Source: Centroscyllium fabricii
Lineage: Eukaryota
NCBI GenBank assembly: GCA_051313645.2
Contig: JBNRSN020000002.1
Coordinates: 268,150,001-268,214,000, forward strand
Reading direction: 5' to 3'
Length of the DNA: 64,000 nt
This document shows, one piece after another, positions 55,534 to 64,000 of the stretch. The position numbers and the translations under genes are program-made. The notes under the pieces are model-generated. The model saw only the letters and a program-made list of their open reading frames with translations. It was not told where the DNA came from and ran no database searches. How positions within the stretch are numbered: the stretch's first letter is position 1; every line of letters starts with the position of its first letter.

Positions 55534-56096
55534 ATAGAAACATAGAAACATAGAAACTAGGAGCAGGAGTAGGCCATTCGGCCCTTCGAGCCTGCTCCAC
55601 CATTCAACGAGATCATGGCTGATCATCCAAACCCAGCACCCCGTCCCTGCTCTCTCCCCATATCCCTATCGAGCCTGCACCGACACATATCCCACCCTAT
55701 CCCCGTAACCCAACATATTCAATCCCCCTAACACTAAGGGTCAATTTATCATGGCCAATCAACCTAACCCGCACATCTTTGGACTGTGGGAGGAAACCGG
55801 AGCACCCGGAGGAAACCCACGCAGACACGGGGAGAATGTGTCTGGCACTGTTACATTTTTTCAATTGTAATACAAGTTAGTAAATTTATTCTCAGCTATC
55901 GTAATGAAACTTTTGGTCAAGTGTTGAAACTGTGTGAGAAGATGACTATATCAACTTTATATTGTGCGTTTAATGCAGAGAAACATCAAAAGGTACGGGG
56001 AGAATGTGCAAACTCCACACAGATAGTACCCGAGGCTGGATTTGAACCCGGGTCTCCAGTGCTGTGAGACAACAGTGCTAACCACTGTGCCACCAT
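55534..56096 (-). mobile_element. tRNA-derived SINE with CR1-type tail, inside the LTR of element G
   Basis: Reverse-complement A and B boxes at 56030-56095; same family as 37765-38145; carries a 154-bp insert. Confidence 0.8.
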
Positions 56097-57618
56097 TCAG
56101 TGTAGTGTTGGAGTTTGTCAAGTAAAGACCTGTTTTTGAGTTGATCCTTCATGTTGGCTCCATTATTTGTTAGGAGATCACACTCTCCTACATTGGTGAC
56201 CCCAAGTCGGTCAACGTTTTTGCCGACCTTCACAGCATCATGGCAACCAGCGTTGTGGCCTTGAAACTGCCTTCCTTTTGGGAGCAGCAAGCGCTTGCAT
56301 GGTTTGTCCATGCCAAGGCTCAGTTTACCCTATGAGAGGTCGAGGAAGACGGCGCCAAATTTCTCCACGTCGTGTCAGCCCGCGAAAGCTCCACTGCTTC
56401 TGAAATCGTCGACCTCCTGGAAAATCCTCCAGCGACGGGTAAGTACGAGGCGGGTAAAGACAGACTCCTACAGGTTTTTGGTATCTTCAAGGAAGCGAGA
56501 GCCCGCAGGCTGTTCACGCTACCGGGCCTTGGAGACTCCACCCCCACCCAGTTAATGAGCCGAATGCTCATGCTTCTGGGGTCTGAGCCACAATGCTTCC
56601 TCTTTTGGGTATTGCTCTAAAGCCAGCTCCCCCAGCAAGTCCAAGCTGCCCTCGCCGGTTCTTCAATGGCCGACTGCACCAAACTCGCAACTATGGTGAA
56701 TAAAATCTTCTCATAAACCCAGCTCAGCTGCGCTTCCCGCCCCCGCGGAACTCACCAGACCACGGACCTCTGCTATCATCACGCCCGTTTTGGAGCGAAG
56801 GCCCACCGCTGCCGCCCAGCCTGCACGTTCGCCACAAAAAAAGGGTTGCCCAGCACACCGATTCCGCGCCCCCAGCGTATTTCGTCTGATCGACCCCCCG
56901 CCGCAACGATGGCTGTCGGTTCTACAGGGAAACTCCTCTATATCACTGATTCACTTTCCGGGCGGCGATTCCTCTGTGACACAGGTGCGCAGTGCAGTAA
57001 TTCTTCCAGCTTCCACCCTTGATGTCCAGGCAGGTCAGAGCGGGCCTCCCCTCGTGGCAGCTAATGGCACCGCCATCCACACATATGGAAAACGTCGAGC
57101 AGAAGTCTGTTTCGATGGTCAATGGTTCACATGGGACTTTATCACTGCTTCAGTCTCGCAGCCCCTGCTTGGCGTGGATTTTTTGTGCACCCAGAGCCTC
57201 CTGGTTGACATCCACGACCGGCGCCTCATCAACACGGCCATGTTTCTGTGGTAACCGTGTATTACCATTGTATATAGTTGATGTGCTCACCTTGATATTG
57301 TATGTTAGGCCAGGTCAGCCACACCCCTAACTCCTCCCCTCAGGTCGGAGCATATAGGTGAGGACTGCCCTGCCCCCGCTCACTCTCGCCTTGAACTCAA
57401 CAGGAGACCAGCTCCATTGTTAGTGAATAAAAGCCTATAGTTTGGGTAACTACTCGTCTTTTGCGTTAGATTGACGATACGTCAATTTTATTCACTAAAT
57501 TTTAAAACATGGAGAGTAACGCAGTGAAACGGGATCGCCTCGACATAAATCCTCAGGCACCCGACGCTGCTAACGACTTCGAACACTGGTTTGGCCTGGT
57601 CGAGGCCTACATGAAGGC

Positions 57619-57843
57619 CAAATGCAAGAAGTCACACAACACCAGATTACAGTCCAACGGTTTTATTTTAAATCACAAGCTTTCGGAGCGCTGCAACACC
57701 GTACCTGGAGGCATGGAGTGGCATCGCTGTTCTCACAGGCCGCGCTGTTGGGTCTTAGGGTGGAGGCTGGGCTGGACTTGCACACCTTCGCGTAGTGCCC
57801 CTTCTTCACGCACCGCTCGCAGGTCACATTCCTCGAACCGCTC
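57619..57843 (-). mobile_element. Penelope 3'-end fragment fused to an inverted copy of element D gag sequence
   Basis: 57620-57694 resembles the shark Penelope terminal repeat (GCTCCGAAAGCTTGTGATTT..AATAAA..TGGTGTTGTGTGACTT on the minus strand); 57689-57835 is the reverse complement of 58422-58568; GAAGGC flanks both sides. Confidence 0.75.
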
Positions 57844-58699
57844 GAAGGCTGTAAAGGCTACGAGTGATGAGGACAAACTCCAGGTACTCTCATCGCAGAT
57901 CAGCGGCCGGGTGTATTCTTTTATCCGCGGCCTCAAGACTTACGAGGAAGCAGTTAAGAAACTAAAGGACTGCTACATGCGCCCGGCCCACTCGGTCAAT
58001 GCCAGGCATGTCCTGGCGACCAGAACACAGTGAATCGGTGAGTCTAACGAACAGTTCCTACTAGCGCTTCAAGCCCTCGCACGGGCCTGCGACTGCCAGG
58101 CAAGGACGGCGGAGGAAGAAGCGAACCTCCTAACCCGGGATGCCTATGTGGCTGGACTCAGGTCCAGCCAGGCCTGCCAGCGGCTGCTGGAGCAGCACAC
58201 ACTGTCGCTCGAGTCCGCAATAACCCTCTCTAATGCGGTGGACGGAGCGCTCTGAAAGCTGGAGGCGTACGGAGACCATGGCTCACACGGTACCCCTGAC
58301 CCCTGGGCGACACAGCGACAGGCCGAGACCCCCAGGGTGGCAGCGGCGACGGCGAAGACACCGGCAGGGCACAGATGCTACTTCTGCAGCCAAGGAAAGC
58401 ATCCGCGCGCGCAGTGCCCCGCGAGGAATGCGACCTGCGAGCGGTGCGTGAAGAAGGGGCACTACGCGAAGGTGTGCAAGTCCAGCCCAGCCTCCACCCT
58501 AAGACCCAACAGCGCGGCCTGTGAGAACAGCGATGCCACTCCATGCCTCCAGGTACGGTGTTGCAGCGTGACCCAGCAGCGGTCAGCCGGGGGTAAATCG
58601 CGGGCGCCTCAATCCCCTTTAACTGTACGGCTGAGGCCGGCGGCGCGCACGGCACAGGCGCTGCCACTCCAACCACGACTGGCCATGTGCGACCCCCCG

Positions 58700-58940
58700 G
58701 CGCCGCCATCTTATCGACAGTGGTCGGCCGTGTGCAAACCACAGGTGTCGCCATCTTGTCCACCGCGGTCGGCCGCGTGCGAACCACGGGCGCCGCCATC
58801 TTGTCCACCGCGGTCGGCCACATGCGAACCACGGGCGCCGCCATCTTATCCACAGCGGTCGGCCGCGTGCGAACCACGGGTGCCGCCATCTTGTCCACAG
58901 CAGCCAGACACGGGCGCATCGCCAGCGCCGCCATCTTACG
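58700..58940 (+). repeat. 45-bp tandem repeat (about 5 units) in the gag-protease linker of D
   Basis: GCCGCCATCTTGTCCACCGCGGTCGGCCGCGTGCGAACCACGGGC units encoding PPSCPPRSAACEPRA. Confidence 0.85.
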
Positions 58941-61900
58941 AGCGGCCACCTTGCCAACTGCCCCAGCCGGGGCCCCAGCTAGTGCTGGGCCCCCACTCAC
59001 ACACATACACTTCGGCCTCAGCCACCGTTGATCAGGCTTGGCCGCACACCTTGTCCAACTCGATGATGGGGATTAAAGTGGACGGGCACGCCACTAACTG
59101 CCTGTTCGACACCGGTAGCACAGAGAGCTTCATACATCCCGACACAGTGCGGCGCTACGCACTGCAGACCCAGCCCATGCACTACCAAGTCTCCCTTGCC
59201 TCAAAGTCCCACACGGCGGACGTCACCGGCTACTGCAGCGTCACGCTCACAATCAGGGACCGCATTTACCGCAACTTTAAGTTGTACGTACTCCAGCAGC
59301 TGTGCGCCCCAGTCTTACTGGGACTGGATTTCCAGTGTCACCTGAAGAGCGTGACGATGGATTTCGGTGGAACCCTGGCCCCCCTCACCGTCAGTAGCCG
59401 GGACAATCCCAACTTGACGCGGAGCACGACTTGCGGCCTGTCCACATTAAAAGTCGACCCACCCTCACTGTTCGCCAATCTGTACCCTAAATGCAAGCCC
59501 ATTGCTACCAAAAGTCGGCGTTACAGTGCAGGGGACCGGGCGTTCATCAGGTCGGAGGTCGAGCGCATGCTGAAAGAAGGGATAATTGAGGCCAGCACCA
59601 GCCCCTGGCAGGCCCAGGTCGTAGTGGTTAAGACGGGTGAGAAACTGCGCATGGTCATCGAATATAGCCAGACGATTAACCGCTACACCGGGCTCGACGC
59701 CTACCCCCTCCCCTGCATCTCGGATATGGTAAACCAGATCGCCCAGTACAAGGTCTTTTCCACAATCGACCTCAAGTCGGCGTATCACCAACTCCCCATC
59801 CGGAAATCCGACCGCCAGTACACCGCCTTCGAGGCGAACGGCCGGCTCTACCACTTCCTCCGGGTCCCCTTCGGTGTGACCAATGGGGTGTCGGTGTTCC
59901 AGAGGGAGATGGACCGCATGGTTGACCAGAACGGGTTGCAGGCCACCTTCCCCTACTTGGACAACGTGACCATCTGCGGCCATGACCAGCAGGACAACGA
60001 TGCCAACCTCGCCAAATTCCTGCGCACGGCGAAACGGCTGGACCTAACGTACAATAAAGACAAGTGTGTCTTTAGTACGGATCGGCTCGCTATCCTCGGA
60101 TACATGGTGGAAAACGGGATCCTCGGCCCCGACCCACAGCGTATGCGCCCCTTGCAAGAGCTGCCCTTACCTCACAACCCCAAAGCCCTGAGGAGATGTC
60201 TAGGGTTCTTTTCTTATTACGCGCAATGGGTCACCCAGTATGTAGATAAGGCCAGACCTCTCCTCAAGGCCGAAGTCTTCCCCCTCTCGGAAGAAGCCTA
60301 AACGGCATTCGCTCGGATCAAGGAAGACATCATCAGGGCGACCATGCATGCTGTTGATGAGTCCATCCCCTTCCAGGTGGAGAGTGACGCTTCGGACTTT
60401 GCCCTTGCCGCCACCCTGAACCAGGCAGGCAGGCCCGTAGCGTTTTTCCTCCCGGACCCTACAGGGACCCGAAACTCGCCACTCAGCGGTGGAAAAGGAG
60501 GCCCAGGCCATCGTGGAGGCAGTGCGCTACTGGCATCATTACCTGGCCGGTAAGCGTTTTACCCTGCTCACTGACCAACGGTCGGTGGCGTTTATGTTTA
60601 ATAATAAACAACGGGGTAAGATCAAGAATGATAAGATCCTGCGGTGGCGGATCGAACTCTCAACTTACGAGTATGACATTCTTTACCGTCTAGGCAAGCT
60701 CAACGAACCCCCGGATGCACTGTCCAGGGGAACGTGCACCAGCGTCCAGCTGGACCGGCTGAAGGCCCTCCACGATCGCCTCTGCCACCCGGGTGTCACC
60801 AGACTCGCCCACTTCGTCAAATCCCGTAGCCTCCCCTACTCCATCACGGAGATAAAGGCTATGACCAAAGAGTGCCCTGTCTGTGCCGAGTGCAAACCCC
60901 AATTCTACAGGCCAGACACGGCGCACGTCATCAAGGCCACCCGCCCCTTTGAACGTCTGAGCGTGGACTTCAAAGGCCCCCTCCCCTCCACTGACCGCAA
61001 CTCGTATTTCCTCACGGTCATAGACGAGCTCTCACGCTTCCCCTGCCCAGACATGACGAGCGCAACGGTGATCAAACACTTCACCACGCTGTTCGCCATT
61101 TTCGGTCTCCCCAGCTACATCGATAGCGACCGGGGGTCGTCGTTCATGAGCGACGAACTGCGTCAGTTTCTGCTTCAGAAAGGGGTTGCCTCAAGCAGAA
61201 AGTCCAGTTACAACCCCCAGGGGAACGGCCAGGTAGAAAGGGAGAATGGGACCATCTGGAAGGCGGTCAACCTGGGCCTGAAGTCCAGGGGCCTTCCAGT
61301 TTCCCATTGGCAGGAGGTCCTCCCAGGCGCGCTCCATGCCATTCGCTCTCTGTTGTGTACCGCCACTAACTCAACACCTCATGACCTGTTGTTTTCCTTC
61401 GCCAGGAAGTCAACTTCAGGGACAGCACTCCCGCTGTGGCTCACAGCGCAGGGGCCGGTGTTGCTTAGGAAACACGTCCGCGGCCACAAGACCGACCCCC
61501 TGGTGGAACGGGTGCACCTGCTCCACGCCAACCCGCAATACGCTTACGTGACATTCCCGAACGGGCGCGAGGATACAGTCTCGATCAGGGACCTGTCGCC
61601 CGCCGGGAGCACTAGGGCGGAACCCCCGGTCGAGCCTCAGCCCGACCAGCCACCACCCACCGAATACTGGCCTCCATACATACACACACCGGGGCCCTCA
61701 ACACCACCGATCGACGACCCGGGATCGGACACCGCACCGCCGGCACCGTTGGCAGAGAGCTCGATCCTGGCCCTGCAACTGGCACCACCATTACCGGCAC
61801 CCTGGCGGTCCCCCAGGCAGACGCGACCGCCGGAGAGACTAATAACGCAATGCTGATTGCGTATAATGGACATATTGATTTTTTTTCTCTCTCTTCCTCT

Positions 61901-64000
61901 CACGAGAAGGCACGTTCACCCTGCCGGACTTGTTTTTAAAGAAGGGGTGAATGTGGTAACCGTGTATTACCATTGTATATAGTTGATGTGCTCACCTTAT
62001 CATTGTATATAGTTGATGTGCTCACCTGATATTGTATGTTAGGCCAGGTCAGCCACACCCCTAACTCCTCCCCTCAGGTCGGAGCATATAGGTGAGGGCT
62101 TCCCTGCCCCCGCTCACTCTCGCCTTGAACTCAACAGGAGACCAGCTCCATTGTTAGTGAATAAAAGCCTATAGTTTGGGTAACTGCTCGTCTTTTGCGT
62201 TAGATTGCCGATACGTTTGTTTCATTCCTTGTTGTGCCAACGCAGCAACAGACCAGCCCTCATCGTTTCCTGTGCCTCCCCCTCACCGGATGATTATGCT
62301 CGTCTTCTAGCAGACTTCCCCGGACTTATGCAGCCAACTTTTTCAGCCACGTCGACTAAACACGACATCGAACACCATATCGCCACCACAGGTCCTCCAG
62401 TTTATGCCCGAGCTCAGCGCCTTGACCCTGCCGAGATGGCAGTAGCCAAGGCAGAGTTCACGACAATGGAATAACTAGGGATTGTTCACCGCTCGAATAG
62501 TCCCTGGTCCTCTCCTCTTCACATTGTCCCAAAGCCGGGCATCGGATGGCGGCCATGCGGCGATTACCGGAGGTTCAACGACACCACCACACCTGATTGT
62601 TACCCCATACCGCATATTCAAGATTTTTCGGCACACCTCACGGGTAAAGTCATCTTTTCCAAAGTGGATCTGGTCTGAGGTTACCATCAAGTTCCCGTTC
62701 ACCAGGCTGACGTCCATAAAACCGCGGTCATTACCCCTTTTGGCCTTTTTGAATTCTTAAGAATGCCTTTTGGGCTGAAAAACGCCGCACAGGCCTTCCA
62801 ACGCCTCATGGTCTCAAGTGCTCCGGAACCTCCCTTCTCTTTTCATCTACCTCGACGACATCCTCGTGGCCAGCACTGACAAGGCGGAGCACATCTCACA
62901 CTTGCGTTCTCTTTTTCAGCGCCTGAGTCAGCACGGGCTCATCGTCAACCCAGCTAAATGCCAGTTCGGCCTGGCCCAGATCAATTTTTCTCGGCCATCG
63001 GATATCGGCGGACGGGGCAATTCCTCTCCCAGCCAAAGTGCAGGCAGTAGCGGTTTTTCCTCGAACTCAATCGGTCAAAGCTCTTCAAGAATTCCTAGGA
63101 ATGGTTCATTTTTATCATCGCTTCGTACCGAAGGCTGCACTCCTCATGCGCCCACTCTACGAGGCTACCAGAGGCAAGACGGGTAAACAACCGCTATCCT
63201 GGACGGATGAGATGTCCTCGGCATTCGATGACACCAAGCGAGTATTGGCTAATACCACCCCGTTAGCGCACCCTAAACCAGGTGCCACGGTAGCACTCAC
63301 AACCGACGCCTCTGACTATGCTATAGGAACAGTATAACAGCAGTGGGTCGACGGTGCTTGGCAACCAATAGCGTTCTTCAGTCACCAATTACGTAAGAAC
63401 GAATGGAGAGAGCTACTCGCCTTATTCCTGGCAATCAGACACTTCCGATTCTTACTGGAAGGTCGACCTTTCACGGCGTTCGTTGATCGCCATGGTGAAA
63501 GTCAGTGGTTTGTGAAGACCTCGGAACCTTGGTCTGCTCGCCAGCAGCGCCAGCTCAATTTCATCTCCGAATTTACCACCGACATCCGTCACGTGGCCAG
63601 TAAGGAAAACATAATGGCGGACTGCCTCTCAAGTCCTTCTCTTCACACCGTGCACTTTGGCGTCAACTACGCCCGCATGGCAGAAGACCAAGTATCAGAC
63701 ACCAAGGTCCAGTCCCTGAGGACGACAGTTATGGGCCTCAACCTGGCTGACATTCATTTCCAGGCGGCTGGTACATCTCTTCTTTGCGACGTTTCTGTTA
63801 AAGAGCCCTGGCCGGTGGTCCCTGCCTCCTGGCATCAATGGGTGTTTGACATAATTCATGGGCTTTCGCACCCAGGCATGCGGGCATCCCAGAAGTTAAT
63901 GGCTGTGAAGCTTGTGTGGCCCGGTCTGCATAAAGATTTTAGAGACTGGACGAACACTTGTTTGGTTTGCCAGAAAGCAAAGATCCAGCGACACGTCAAA

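Larger units (their letters stand above)
57509..61856 (+). pseudogene. Element D gag-pol, disrupted by a few stops and frameshifts
   Basis: Two zinc knuckles, LFDTGS, YPLP, RVPFGVTNG, YLDNVTICG, VESDASD, DFKGPLP, NGQVER. Confidence 0.93.
57247..62218 (+). mobile_element. Gypsy element D (short-LTR YLDN family), full length; LTRs 57247-57484 and 61952-62218
   Basis: GTTTC target duplication; PPT AAAGAAGGGGTGAA; LTRs near-identical apart from a tandem duplication of about 30 bp in the 3' LTR. Confidence 0.95.
55372..64000 (+). mobile_element. Gypsy element G (CsRn1-like), decayed, interrupted by a SINE and by element D, running off the window
   Basis: LTR ends CTCCTACA at 56192 (its start is uncertain); PBS TGGTGACCCC; gag relic LKLPSFW from 56240; protease to 57246; RT, RNase H and start of integrase at 62224-64000 (YLDD, LTTDASD). 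Confidence 0.85.

Noticed and set aside
58700-58940. Regularly spaced repeats resembling a CRISPR array
   Set aside because: Units are head-to-tail with no unique spacers, lie in a Gypsy coding frame, there are no cas genes and the context is eukaryotic.
58230-59006. 258-aa antisense ORF with KMAA repeats (and 8498-8995 in element A)
   Set aside because: It is the reverse reading of the GC-rich GCCATCTT repeats; no independent domain, and start and stop positions are not shared between A and D.

Overview
Eukaryotic vertebrate DNA, most likely from a cartilaginous fish judging by its CR1/L2 LINEs, Deu-domain (SacSINE1-like) and tRNA SINEs and shark-type Penelope ends. There is one host gene: an 8-exon minus-strand ADP-ribosyl cyclase of the CD38/BST1(CD157) family (CDS 47785 to 15664, 296 aa, all GT-AG junctions assembled by hand and in phase). 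It has an N-terminal hydrophobic segment, no GPI tail and no CD38-specific Cys119/Cys201 pair. The rest is a dense stack of nested transposons. It includes an intact CsRn1-type Gypsy with identical LTRs 0.8 kb upstream of the gene, two Mag-type Gypsies in intron 1, and a young non-autonomous sushi-like element encoding only Gag-protease plus an acidic tail. Several copies of a short-LTR Gypsy family have a YLDN RT motif and no tRNA PBS. There are also Harbinger and Tc1 MITEs, LINE/SINE fragments and an inverted pair of long LTRs. The most interesting signals are: (1) a covarying base-pairing between the PBS position and the LTR poly(A) signal in the YLDN family, suggesting self-priming and/or poly(A) masking; (2) the Gag-PR-only element; (3) an identical ESDDEWESA peptide written in different codons in two unrelated elements; (4) a Penelope/Gypsy template-switch chimera joined at a hammerhead stem; (5) a possibly secreted cyclase. 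All identities and alignments were judged by eye and no database searches were run.
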